DNA of 64,000 bases from Candidatus Aceula meridiana. Its GTDB lineage: Bacteria; Omnitrophota; Gorgyraeia; Zapsychrales; Aceulaceae. Shown piece by piece: positions 31,152 to 41,800 of this stretch; positions within the stretch are counted from its first letter, which is position 1; every line of letters begins with the position of its first letter. Location: positions 42,975-106,974 of the forward strand of contig JAVCDE010000024.1 of assembly GCA_030765185.1 (NCBI GenBank), written 5' to 3'. The position numbers and the translations under genes were made by a program. The notes beneath the pieces are model-generated. The model did no database searches, was not told the DNA's origin, and saw nothing but the letters and a program-made list of their open reading frames with translations.

Positions 31152-32786
31152 TTATGAAAAGGTAATCAGAGACGGGTCATAGCCCTCTGGCTTTTCAAAT
31201 CCTAATAAATTTAAAAGTGTTGCCGCGACATTCGAGAGGCCCTTTTTCTCAAGGTTAGCCATTTGGTATTCACCCTTATAGCTACTATCGATAATCACAA
31301 AAGGCACAGGATTTAGCGTGTGCGCTGTACGCACAATCTTTTTCCCATTCTTCTCTGTAAACATCTCATCAGCATTACCGTGATCTGCGGTTACAACAGT
31401 AATGCCACCTAACTCATTAACGACTTCGATTAATCGGCAAATGCACTCATCCTCAGACTCTAAAGAAATTTTAATAGCCTCTTCAATGCCAGTGTGTCCG
31501 ACCATATCTCCATTAGGAAAATTAATCCTCCCGAATTGATACTCTCCGCTTTTTAAAAGCTCAATAGCTTTTTCAGTGATTTCATAGGCCTTCATTTTTG
31601 GAGCTTGGTCAAACTTAATTTTATCCGACAAAATCTCAACATACTTTTCTTTTTGCTCATCAATATATCCAGATTTATTTCCATTCCAAAAATATGTTAC
31701 ATGGCCATACTTTTGAGTCTCAGAAAGCGCAAAAGATTTAATACCGCTGTCACAAAGATACTCCCCTATTGTCTTGTCAATTTGAGGCGGATTAACTAAA
31801 TAATTCTTAGGAACTTTTAAATCCCCATCATACTCCATAATTCCGGCAAATATAACATCAGGATAACGTTCACGGTCAAATTCATTAAAATCTTTTTCAT
31901 CAAATGCGTGGGATATCTCAATAGCACGGTCTCCTCTAAAATTAAAAAAAACAACCGAATCCCCATCCTCGATAGTCCCAATAGGTTTATCGTCTTCGAC
32001 AATAACAAAAGAATCTAAATACTGATCCGTAATCTTTTCATCCTCAGCATAATACGTTTCAACAGCTTCACCTGCCGAAGAAAAGGCCCTCGCTTTTCCT
32101 AAAACATGAGCATCCCAGCCTCGTTTGACCACAGACCAATCCGCATTATAACGATCCATTGTTGTTATCATGCGTCCGCCGCCAGAAGCAATCTTATAAT
32201 CGCAGCCAAATTCTTTATTCAAAAGATTCAAAAGCTCTTCCGTCTTACCAATATATGTTGGAGCTGTTTTTTCACCAACATCACGTCCATCTAGCAAAAT
32301 ATGAAGCCTGACTTTTTGAACGCCGTCTTTGGCGCACTGTTTAACAAGGGCAAACAATTGATCAATGTGTGAATGAACATTACCATCAGAAAGCAGACCA
32401 ATCAGATGAAATGTCTTTTCTTTTGAAATTGGATTTTCAATTAATTTCTTCCAGGTGGGTGTTGTAAAAATTACGCCAGAGTCAATGGAACGGTCAACTA
32501 ACTTTGCACCTTGCGCAAAAACACGTCCAGCGCCTAAGGCATTATGCCCTACTTCGCTGTTTCCCATATCATCATCAGTAGGAAGCCCTACTGCTGTCCC
32601 ATGAGCTTGAAGGGCTGTAGAAAGCGGAGCCTCAAAAAGTTTGTCCAGGCATGGGGTGTCGGCTACAAAAACACCGTTTGTAGCATCTTTTTTTCCAAGC
32701 CCCACCCCATCCATAATGATGAGTAAAAGCGGGCCTGTGCGTTTCTGAAAACTTTTAAGAAAATTTAATTGAAGAGGCATAGTCAT
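31152..32786 (-). CDS. gpmI: 2,3-bisphosphoglycerate-independent phosphoglycerate mutase
   Basis: 544 aa; N-terminal LLIIMDGVG and C-terminal ADHGN metal-binding motifs of iPGM. Confidence 0.9.
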   Translation of the reverse strand: MTMPLQLNFLKSFQKRTGPLLLIIMDGVGLGKKDATNGVFVADTPCLDKLFEAPLSTALQAHGTAVGLPTDDDMGNSEVGHNALGAGRVFAQGAKLVDRSIDSGVIFTTPTWKKLIENPISKEKTFHLIGLLSDGNVHSHIDQLFALVKQCAKDGVQKVRLHILLDGRDVGEKTAPTYIGKTEELLNLLNKEFGCDYKIASGGGRMITTMDRYNADWSVVKRGWDAHVLGKARAFSSAGEAVETYYAEDEKITDQYLDSFVIVEDDKPIGTIEDGDSVVFFNFRGDRAIEISHAFDEKDFNEFDRERYPDVIFAGIMEYDGDLKVPKNYLVNPPQIDKTIGEYLCDSGIKSFALSETQKYGHVTYFWNGNKSGYIDEQKEKYVEILSDKIKFDQAPKMKAYEITEKAIELLKSGEYQFGRINFPNGDMVGHTGIEEAIKISLESEDECICRLIEVVNELGGITVVTADHGNADEMFTEKNGKKIVRTAHTLNPVPFVIIDSSYKGEYQMANLEKKGLSNVAATLLNLLGFEKPEGYDPSLITFS

Positions 32787-32881
32787 TAATACGTATATAA
32801 ATACTTAACTTATTTTACATAAAAATGGAAATTTTAAAACTAGTTTTTCAATTATTTTGATTGGAGCAAAAGGAAGGGATT

Positions 32882-33067
32882 TTAAATATGAATTTTTAAA
32901 TCATTGTACTTAAGCCATTCTGAAGCAAAACGCTTGTACCAATCATCTGCAGCGGGTTGAAACCCAACATCCTGGCCTTTTTTTTCGCCCTCGAACCATT
33001 GATGACGCTGAATTTCATCAACAACGCGTCTATCTCTAAGCAGGTCATCTAGTTTATATTTGCACAT
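32882..33067 (-). CDS. Small hypothetical protein (61 aa)
   Basis: ORF preceded by AAAGGAG Shine-Dalgarno; charged, Trp-rich sequence (RRVVDEIQRHQWFEGEKKGQDVGF); no confident family assignment. Confidence 0.45.
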   Translation of the reverse strand: MCKYKLDDLLRDRRVVDEIQRHQWFEGEKKGQDVGFQPAADDWYKRFASEWLKYNDLKIHI

Positions 33068-33142
33068 GGTTCTCCTTTATCTGTTTATATTCTACCCCGA
33101 AAGAGCTCATTCTGTCAAGAAAATTAAATTTCAAGTAGAGAT

Positions 33143-33895
33143 TTAAGTTACTCTGATACAAGTATTTACATCAAAAGGATTTGCCCTCATAGCTAGCGAG
33201 AACAAATACGGGTAGGAACCCTTGAGATGGCGCATATAATTTAGCCATTGGATAACTAAGTGGCCATAAACTCGATTTAAGTCACCTGCCAAGTGGCGTA
33301 CATCTGCACCTTGAGACAAACTCAAATCATCGCGCCTAGATAATTCATCCATAAGATGAAACACGGACCATAACAAATTCGTAAACGACTCATGCTCTAA
33401 AAGATTGGGGTTAGCTAAAAAATTAACAAGACAAAGTCGTTTTGATAAAAGCAAAGTTTTAACCGCTTTCAAATCTCCTTTACTGATATCAATATCCACC
33501 TTACGGGTTTCAATATACTTCTGTGCATGTACGAAATCTTTTTTGGTCCACTTCGTTGTGATGACCAACTCCTGCCCTGCATACTCTTTTGTGTTATCAA
33601 ACTTAACGAAAAGATCTAAAAGGTCAGTCCCAACCTCAGCAAAAAAAGTTCCAATAAGCATATTCATTTTGTTCAAAAGCGACCGTTTCTCTTTTAAAGT
33701 GAGCAAACGGTTCAGAACAATCGTGACTAAAAGAACTTCTAAGAATACAAAAGCAATATCCCCGATTAAATAAATAAAAATATGATGTGCGTCATGGAAA
33801 ATAAGATAGTGAATAAAATAAACCAATGCCGAAAGCGCCACCAAGCTTATTCCCAGCCACACTTGCCAGTTAAAAATTTTCTTAAGCTTTTTCAT
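33143..33895 (-). CDS. Hypothetical membrane protein (two N-terminal TM helices plus a soluble domain)
   Basis: 250-aa ORF with good coding characteristics; no recognisable motifs. Confidence 0.5.
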   Translation of the reverse strand: MKKLKKIFNWQVWLGISLVALSALVYFIHYLIFHDAHHIFIYLIGDIAFVFLEVLLVTIVLNRLLTLKEKRSLLNKMNMLIGTFFAEVGTDLLDLFVKFDNTKEYAGQELVITTKWTKKDFVHAQKYIETRKVDIDISKGDLKAVKTLLLSKRLCLVNFLANPNLLEHESFTNLLWSVFHLMDELSRRDDLSLSQGADVRHLAGDLNRVYGHLVIQWLNYMRHLKGSYPYLFSLAMRANPFDVNTCIRVT

Positions 33896-33903
33896 AGATT
33901 TTC

Positions 33904-34776
33904 CTATTTATAAATATTTCCTTTTGACGGAATATACTCCCTCATAAGATCCCCCTCTGGAGTATAATATTTTGCCCATATCAGCATACTATCTTTATAC
34001 AAGCTTCTCTCTCGAACATTTCCATATTCGTCATAAACAATTGCTTCGCCTTGCGCTGACCCCTCCACATAATTTGCATCACGGCTTACCTTCCCATTTG
34101 AATGAAAATTCTGTACGTGCCCATGCGTCTTGCCATTTTTAGAGGGAATGGAAGCCATCAAGTTCCCAAGCCCATCATAATTATGACGTTTATATTTTTC
34201 TCCATTCAAGGAATACGTTTCACTGCTTAACTTTCCACTCTTCCTAAAATATTTCTCTGTGCAATGCTCACCTTTTTCATCGTCGTGGTACAAAAAAACT
34301 CTTTCAATCGTCCCATCTTTACGATATCGATGGTCCAGTCTAATTCCTGCCTCAACCTTTTGAGAAAAAAGAACCTTCCCTTGCCCAGCATAACTCCGCA
34401 CCTCTTTTAAAACATTCTCCCGATAGATCTCTTCTCTGACAAGAACTCCTTCTTGAGAATAAGTTTTAAAAGAACCTTCAAGTCCAAGGTCATTGACCGT
34501 CCACTCAAGATTAAGCTTTCCGTTTGGATAGTATTCTTTTTGAAGCCCGAAGCTGCGGCCTTTTTCATAAGTTCTTTCTGAAACAAGCCATCCTTCCAGA
34601 CTATAGTTTTTAAAGATTCCATCTTCTAGGCCATTTTTAAAATAACCTTCGAACTTTAAACTACCATCAGAATAATACTCTTCGTAGGGACCGTTTTCTG
34701 GGTAATTAAGACCAAAAGATGCACTACAAAAGAACGCACCGATAAAAATTGTCAGGATAACTATTTTTTCAAACAT
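33904..34776 (-). CDS. Secreted MORN-variant repeat protein (YwqK-like)
   Basis: Signal peptide, then at least six repeats of the pattern (Y)xxNGxLxxEGxYKNGxxDGxxKxYxxxG. Confidence 0.65.
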   Translation of the reverse strand: MFEKIVILTIFIGAFFCSASFGLNYPENGPYEEYYSDGSLKFEGYFKNGLEDGIFKNYSLEGWLVSERTYEKGRSFGLQKEYYPNGKLNLEWTVNDLGLEGSFKTYSQEGVLVREEIYRENVLKEVRSYAGQGKVLFSQKVEAGIRLDHRYRKDGTIERVFLYHDDEKGEHCTEKYFRKSGKLSSETYSLNGEKYKRHNYDGLGNLMASIPSKNGKTHGHVQNFHSNGKVSRDANYVEGSAQGEAIVYDEYGNVRERSLYKDSMLIWAKYYTPEGDLMREYIPSKGNIYK

Positions 34777-36197
34777 TAAATCCCTACGCGAATTCGATAC
34801 TTAACAGTGACTTCGCCGTCTTTAGGAACATTGACGTCAAAACGCGCGGTAAATGCTCCAATTTTCTCATATCGGTGACTATTAGAAATCATAGTCCAGT
34901 TACCATAAAGCGGTTCAATGAGGCCAACAGTTACAGCTTCTTTCTTATGATTACGCACAGTTATTTCCCATTCTGTTTCATACATGCGCGTAGAAATCTG
35001 ACGAAAATCTGTTTGTTTGCGCTCTGCCACGATATCAAAAGCCTCGCCGACTTTGATTTTTACCTCTTCATCTTTAGGTGTGTGGTCAATGCGATCTTCA
35101 CCGATAAACTGCAACGAACCTTTATCATCTTGCTTGTAAAGACGTATGATCCCAGCAGGCAAAGGCATCCCAAGCTTATTTCTTTCTTCGTTTTTGAATT
35201 TTACAAAAACTTTAATTTTTTGTTTTGGAATTTCTTCGCGGTATTGACGCGTATAATACCCTTGTTCACCATAGACTAAAAATTCTTTTTCAATATTAAA
35301 CCCATTGGCTTCCAACAAGCTGATTTGTTTTGTCTGATTATTCTTAATATCTGTCTGACGCTGCAAATCATAGATATGATATTCAAAAAATGCTTGTTCG
35401 TGAAACTGGGGTGCTGCCATGGATTTCATAGCCAAATCTTCCATGGCATACCGCAATCCACCGCCCCGATTTTGCTGAACACGATTAACATCACCGGCAA
35501 CAAGTTTTAATTTAGCATGATTATAGGTCGCGCCACTTTTGTTGTCGATGGTAACCCAACCCGAGAGGTCTGCGCCGGTATCTTTTTTATCTAACACCAA
35601 AACATAATCTGCTTTCCAGTTGATGCCGTTAGTCAGATACGAAACTTGAAGATCATGCGCCTTGGCGCTACTTGCATACATCCATGTTAAAGTTGGCTTA
35701 GCAATTAAATTTTCCGGAATCTTTGGCAAAACTTGATAACCCGGATAGCCTAAATAGATTTCCTCTCCGACTTTATAAATTTGTCCATTGTTATTGCTTA
35801 GCAACGTTGCCTCAATAACACTTTTACAATCCTGATACTGATTGTTTTCCATCAGCTTAATTTTCTTGCCGACATACTTATCTAGAAGCTTGTCTCGATC
35901 CATTAAGTCATATTCATAATTTTGTTCTAACACTGCGAATTTGTCTGGCGAGCTTAAAGATTTGGCATGAACTGTCACGGGCATAATCTGGGCAGCCACA
36001 TCCATAAATTGAAGCTCGTTTTCTTGCCCTGTTGGCAAATTGATTTTACGCGTATCTTTAACAAGTCCAAGATTCGAATTATAAACCGTAACCTCAACAC
36101 CTGTTTGATCATCGATAGTAGATTTGGTTACAGTCTGTGCCTGTGCAAGTGAAAATGAAAACAAAACAACAGTAACAACTAATAAAATCTTCCTCAT
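34776..36197 (-). CDS. Secreted protein, DUF4139/DUF4140-like (mucoidy-inhibitor MuiA-like family); assignment tentative
   Basis: 473 aa with signal peptide (LAQAQT); recalled resemblance to the conserved ~500-aa DUF4139 family; stop overlaps the start of the MORN gene. Confidence 0.45.
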   Translation of the reverse strand: MRKILLVVTVVLFSFSLAQAQTVTKSTIDDQTGVEVTVYNSNLGLVKDTRKINLPTGQENELQFMDVAAQIMPVTVHAKSLSSPDKFAVLEQNYEYDLMDRDKLLDKYVGKKIKLMENNQYQDCKSVIEATLLSNNNGQIYKVGEEIYLGYPGYQVLPKIPENLIAKPTLTWMYASSAKAHDLQVSYLTNGINWKADYVLVLDKKDTGADLSGWVTIDNKSGATYNHAKLKLVAGDVNRVQQNRGGGLRYAMEDLAMKSMAAPQFHEQAFFEYHIYDLQRQTDIKNNQTKQISLLEANGFNIEKEFLVYGEQGYYTRQYREEIPKQKIKVFVKFKNEERNKLGMPLPAGIIRLYKQDDKGSLQFIGEDRIDHTPKDEEVKIKVGEAFDIVAERKQTDFRQISTRMYETEWEITVRNHKKEAVTVGLIEPLYGNWTMISNSHRYEKIGAFTARFDVNVPKDGEVTVKYRIRVGI

Positions 36198-36220
36198 GAT
36201 TCCACCCCCTATTTTAAATT

Positions 36221-37294
36221 TTACACACTAAACCGAAAAAAAGTTACATCTCCGTCTTTCATTTCATATTCTTTGCCCTCAAGAGACACTAAATTCTTTT
36301 GCTTAAGAGCTCCATAGCTACCTTCACGCTTTAAATCATCATATTTAAAAATTTCTGCACGAATAAAACCGCGTTCCATATCCGTATGAATTTTACCAGC
36401 AGCCTGCGGCGCTTTGGTGCCTTTAGAAATAAGCCAAGCACGAGATTCTGTTGGTCCAGCGGTAAAAAAACAAATTAAGCCTAAAAGCTCTTGGCCTGCC
36501 TTTGCAAGTTTTGCTAATCCAGGCGAGGTAATACCCGCATCCTCATAATAACTATTTCGATCTTCAAGAGGTAACTCTAAAATTTCTGCCTCAAGTTTTG
36601 TTGATAAAACAATAACCTGCGTCTTTTCTTTTTCTGCTAATTCTCTTAAAGGATTAAGCATGTCGTCACATGGATCTCCCTCAGATGTATTGGCAACATA
36701 AAGAATCGGTTTCATGGTTAAAAATTGGAACTCTCCAACGATATCTTCTGACAGATTAAGCGAACGTGCAGACTTTCCATCATTAAAACCCTTAATAGCA
36801 ATATCCAAAGCCTCTATTTTATTCTTTGCGCTTTGGTCTCCGGATTTTGCAACTTTCATCAAACGATCATAAACTTTTTCTGCTTGCTGCAAATCCGCAA
36901 GCAACAATTCAGTTTCGATAGTCTCAGCAGCATGAATTGGATTTAGGTCTCCTGTGGCGTTAACAATGTTCTCATCATGAAAACAGCGGACCACATGACA
37001 GATCGCATCGACGTTACGAATATTTGCTAAAAATTTATTTCCCAAACCTTCGCCCTGACTTGCCCCTTTAACAATGCCAGCAATATCCACAAACCGAATT
37101 CCACTTGGCGTAATTTTTGCACTTTCAAACTCTTTGGCCAAATACGTCAGTCTTTCATCCGCTAGTGGCACAATACCGATATTGGGCTCTATGGTTGTAA
37201 ACGGAAAATTTTCCGCTGCAACGCCAGCGCCTGTTAGTGCATTAAAAAGTGTGGATTTGCCTACGTTAGGAAGGCCAACAATTCCAATTTCCAT
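36221..37294 (-). CDS. ychF: Ribosome-binding ATPase YchF
   Basis: 357 aa; G1 motif GLPNVGKST, TGS C-terminal domain. Confidence 0.9.
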   Translation of the reverse strand: MEIGIVGLPNVGKSTLFNALTGAGVAAENFPFTTIEPNIGIVPLADERLTYLAKEFESAKITPSGIRFVDIAGIVKGASQGEGLGNKFLANIRNVDAICHVVRCFHDENIVNATGDLNPIHAAETIETELLLADLQQAEKVYDRLMKVAKSGDQSAKNKIEALDIAIKGFNDGKSARSLNLSEDIVGEFQFLTMKPILYVANTSEGDPCDDMLNPLRELAEKEKTQVIVLSTKLEAEILELPLEDRNSYYEDAGITSPGLAKLAKAGQELLGLICFFTAGPTESRAWLISKGTKAPQAAGKIHTDMERGFIRAEIFKYDDLKREGSYGALKQKNLVSLEGKEYEMKDGDVTFFRFSV

Positions 37295-37309
37295 AAATTA
37301 TATCACTCT

Positions 37310-38776
37310 CTATAAAATCGATATGAGTACATCAACAATGCTTTGATCAATTGTGTCCCCCATATCGCGAAGGGCTTTTTTAGCTTGATCTTCGGTTAAT
37401 GCTTTTCGATAAGGACGGTCTGTCATAATTGCATCCACAATATCTGCAACCGCTAAAATACGCACCAAAGGATGAATCTCCTCACCCTTCAACCCATCTG
37501 GATATCCGCTACCATCAAGTTTTTCATGATGGTGGCGAATGATATCACATAAATTTGATAAAGATGTTACAGGTTTAACAATGCCCTCACCAATAGCTGG
37601 ATGATTTTTCATAACCACCCACTCTTGATCATTCAAAGGGCCTGGCTTACACAAAATGTCATCTGTCACACCGATTTTCCCGAGATCATGAAGACGAGCT
37701 GCATCTCGCAAAATCCTCTTGTCTTCTTCGTTTAGATTCATTTTTTCAGCAATCTTAACTGAATAATCAGAAACTCTGTCTAAGTGCCCGCGCGAATATG
37801 GATCCTTGGCCTCAACCGCAAAAGCCAAAGCTGAAATAATATCAAAATATGTTTTTTCGGCATCCACGTTGAGCTTGTCATTTTCAACGGCAACAGCCGT
37901 CTGCAGGGCGACACTACTCACCAATGAAATCTCTTCATCGCCAAAATTTATATCAACTGTACGTCCACAAATCGCAATAACACCCAAAACCTTATCATGA
38001 ATGAGCAACGGAGCAGCAACCATAGGAAATTCGAAAAGGTCTTGTTTGGCAACAGCCTTCAGAGCCACCTCATCCATCTTAGGAACAACGAGATTCTGCT
38101 TGGAAAGTATGACGGAGCTAAAAATACTATTATCGATTGAAAATTTTGTTTTCCTAGTAACTTTCTTATTATCTCCGTAAATCGTGTTAACATACAGCTC
38201 AGTTCTTTCTTCATCTGTTAAAAACAAAATTCCTGATTTACCGCCAATGGCCTGGGCGATGGTCTCAACGATAAGCTCCAAAAAAGTATCAATATTCTGA
38301 ATCGAGGAAATGCCTTCGCCAACGCGCGTTAAAACAGTTTGAAGCGTCTCTTTAGCGAGCTCAAGTTTTTGAACATTCTCTTCAAGCTTTGTAGTAACCT
38401 CGTTAAACGTGCGCGTTAAAACAGCAACCTCATTATCTCCCTCTTGCATCTTTTTTAATTTTTCTTGACCAAAAATATTCTCCAGAGCGGTCTTGCTGGC
38501 TTTAGTCACGTTCATAATTTTACGTAAAATAAGACTCATTACAAAATAACCAACGCCGATGCCCAAAACAACAAACATTAGGGTCATGCTTAAGTTGTCA
38601 GCCGTCAGCTCAAGCTCTCCACCACTTTTAAGTTGCACATAAAGATAGTAAATAATTCCAAGGGGAATAATAGAAATCAGGATAAACAGAATGTTAAATT
38701 GGGAAACAAGAGAGGCCTTGGCAAAAGGTGTCATCTTGGGTTTCGTTGTCACGTGTTCTCTCCTTATAATAACCAT
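37310..38776 (-). CDS. HD-GYP domain c-di-GMP phosphodiesterase with N-terminal TM/coiled-coil and GAF domain
   Basis: HD..HHE..GYP motif set (RLHDLGKIGV ... HHEKLDGSGYPDGL); two N-terminal TM helices; central GAF-like region. Confidence 0.85.
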   Translation of the reverse strand: MVIIRREHVTTKPKMTPFAKASLVSQFNILFILISIIPLGIIYYLYVQLKSGGELELTADNLSMTLMFVVLGIGVGYFVMSLILRKIMNVTKASKTALENIFGQEKLKKMQEGDNEVAVLTRTFNEVTTKLEENVQKLELAKETLQTVLTRVGEGISSIQNIDTFLELIVETIAQAIGGKSGILFLTDEERTELYVNTIYGDNKKVTRKTKFSIDNSIFSSVILSKQNLVVPKMDEVALKAVAKQDLFEFPMVAAPLLIHDKVLGVIAICGRTVDINFGDEEISLVSSVALQTAVAVENDKLNVDAEKTYFDIISALAFAVEAKDPYSRGHLDRVSDYSVKIAEKMNLNEEDKRILRDAARLHDLGKIGVTDDILCKPGPLNDQEWVVMKNHPAIGEGIVKPVTSLSNLCDIIRHHHEKLDGSGYPDGLKGEEIHPLVRILAVADIVDAIMTDRPYRKALTEDQAKKALRDMGDTIDQSIVDVLISIL

Positions 38777-38857
38777 AATAATATTAGTAAATAAAAAAAG
38801 ACAAGTGATTATAGCATACTCACCTGCCTTAAGACAACAATGCTTTACGATAGCTCT

Positions 38858-41800
38858 CTACTGCTTCCTTACCGTCGCCTCACCTAGTCGAGTTAGGCTC
38901 AAAGCCTCGTCTTCTGCTCCCTCTCCCTCATTTAAACCCATTAACATGTTAAAATTTGTAATCGGAATAATGTTAATAATAACAGGAACAAAACCCTCAG
39001 CTTGACTTAGCGTCGCTGCATCAATTTCAGGAATATTAAATGCTACGCCCTCGCCTTTGGTCTCGACCTCAAACCCATCTGCATCGAAATCAATGCCTCC
39101 GGGTTTTTGAATTGACGGGGAACCTGCGCGCCCATCGATACTGCTTTTAGGTTTCGTGGGGCTATTTCCCCCAGAGATTGAGGTGTGTTTTTCTATCGCG
39201 ATGGAAAAACCTTCGCTTGGGAAATCTATTGTCTCCATGCCTCGCATACCCAACCCTATGGCGTCACGAATAGCACGAAAACTTTCTGGCGAAATTAAAA
39301 CTATATCTGTCCCAATCTTATCCCTCCTTATCGAAGATAAAAGCTCTACATCTCGATTACCTCGACTTTCTTTTTTTAATCGCGTTAAAATATCTCCGCG
39401 CCCTTCGAGCATTTCTCTAACCTCGGAAAGATTAAAAGACCTTACCAGCTCTAAAATAAAATCTTCTAAGTCTTTCGCAAGACTTTCTAAAGAATCTTTT
39501 GATGACCTCTCCGTTTCTTTCTCTTTATTTAATACTTCAGCATAACGTGTCCAAGCATAATCATAGGCAGTTGCAGACCCAGTATCTCTTCCACCATAAA
39601 TAATCTTGGGAGAGTGCGTTTCACCCTCCGTAGAATTGACAATATTAGGATTGCCAAGACTATAGCGAAGATATAGGTCTCTTATCTTAGGATAATTCTC
39701 AAATTTAAGTTGGTCAGACCCTAAATCAATGATAAAAGCAGGAACAGCATCCCTCCCTCTCTTGGCTTCCATATATACTTTATGCCTTCCGCGCAAAATA
39801 TACGCCTCGTTGTCTTTTCCTAATTTCAATAAAAGAACCGGTGGGGCAGGAAGCCCTAATTTTTCTCGAATAAATGCCTTAATGCGAACAATATTTATTT
39901 GATAAAAATTTAAATTAAAATCCTGCTCGAAATAAATATTTTTAAGCGGAAATTCTAAGTCAACACTCTCTTTTACAAGCTTAGGATACTCGTCTTTTAG
40001 GTCATTTTTTAAAAGACTGCCTACGGCATTCCGCAAATTTTTCCACGTAAAATCAGTATTAATATTGTTTAAAACTTGATAATAATCTTTTTCCTCTAAA
40101 GGAATATCAACAATGTAATCATATCTTTTTCCGCGAGAATCTTCTTTCTCTCTGAAATCCCACTGTTTTAAAATTTCGACAACTTTCTTATTATCCGTAA
40201 TAACATCAATCTTTCCACCTTTCGACAAGCTCCAACGGCAACGATTAATGTAATCTAAAATATTTCTTTCATCATAGTCAGACGTTTCGGATAACGATAA
40301 AAAAGTAATATGATCAAACAGTACCTCTTCGGGTTGATCATAATTACCGCCTGCATAAAATGATGTTTCGCCAAGGTTCTGCTTAATAAATGTAATTCCT
40401 GAATTCTTCTTAAGCCCTTCCCGAATAAGATCTCCTTGAATATCATTTGCAATAATATATGCACCCTTTTCTCCGTATTCGTAATCATAAAATGAGCTTG
40501 TTTTTTCGCCCTCCCCCGCTCCAAAATCAAGGACAACTTTAACATTAGGATTGTTTTTTCGAAAAATATCAAGAAAATCCTCAAACAACATTGCCACCAA
40601 TGCGTACGGCTCCCTTTCAAAATTATTAATAGCCGTTTCTCGATCGCCATCTTTCTCTTCCAAAGAAATTCTAATAGCACAGCCAAAACGAAATGGGATA
40701 TAAACTTCATCCTCAAGCGTTACGACAACATGTTCTAAATCAACATACATTTCATTTAAAAAGAACTTTTGTTCCTCGCTCAAATATTCTTTAAGATTAG
40801 CAGCAAGAACATCCTTAGATAATAATTTTTTCCCAATTTCATAAAAATAAGAAAATAGTTTCGTCTTTTTACCATCCTCGATTAGATCAAATGTTCGTCT
40901 AATTGCAAAAATATCATTGGCGTTAGGAATACTAAAAGGAAAGTTCTTTCTAAGGAGTTCTGCCTCTTCCTTCAAAATACGCTCTGACATCCTGATAAAA
41001 TCCTGCATTCTGATAACAAGGCTTACCGGCATTGAATCGTGGCCAGGCGCCATTCCAATAGCAATAGCACGTCTTGCGAGACTAATAGACTTTTCATACT
41101 TTTTCATGTCAAAATATTTCTCAGCAATCTCAAAAGTAATTCTCGAACGAACGCCGTGGGGAGAAGCCTTGTCGAGTTTATTACGCAATGCCTTTATGTC
41201 CTCTAATATTCTTTTATTTTTCCTAGAAACCTTAAAATCTATGCTGTCCTCCTCGTCGTCTTCTTTCCCTTTTCTGCCTTTTAGGTTAAAAATTTCTTTC
41301 CCTTCCTCCAGAGAACTTATACCCCGAACAATATTCGTAAATATTTGGTTCGGGACAGAGCCAAAAACTTTATCCTGAAGACCTTGATAAAAAGTAACAG
41401 AGAATTTTTTCCGCTCATCGCTTCCGGCACCCCGTAGATAACGGTGGATTGAAATACCTTTTTCTTTTAATATCTTTGCAAATTTCTTACCTTCTTTTGT
41501 TCTTAAAAAGCCTTCACCCGATTCATGGAAAAATCCAATGCTAGAAAGAATGTTTTGGTCAAGATAAACTCGATTCTTTTCAATATTATGCAAACCTTTA
41601 ATGTTGTAAGAATTTTCTTTAAGAAGATAAATGTCCTGCCTTTCCGAATACCTAGCAATAGCTGTAGCGATTTCTAAATCCATTCCCGTAAGCTTTCTTA
41701 TTTTGATATTATCCTTAATATCCCGAACATAAATCTTTTTAGCAATATCTGAAACCTTGTCTCCAAATTCAATAAAATTAATCCCTATCCCCTCCTTATC

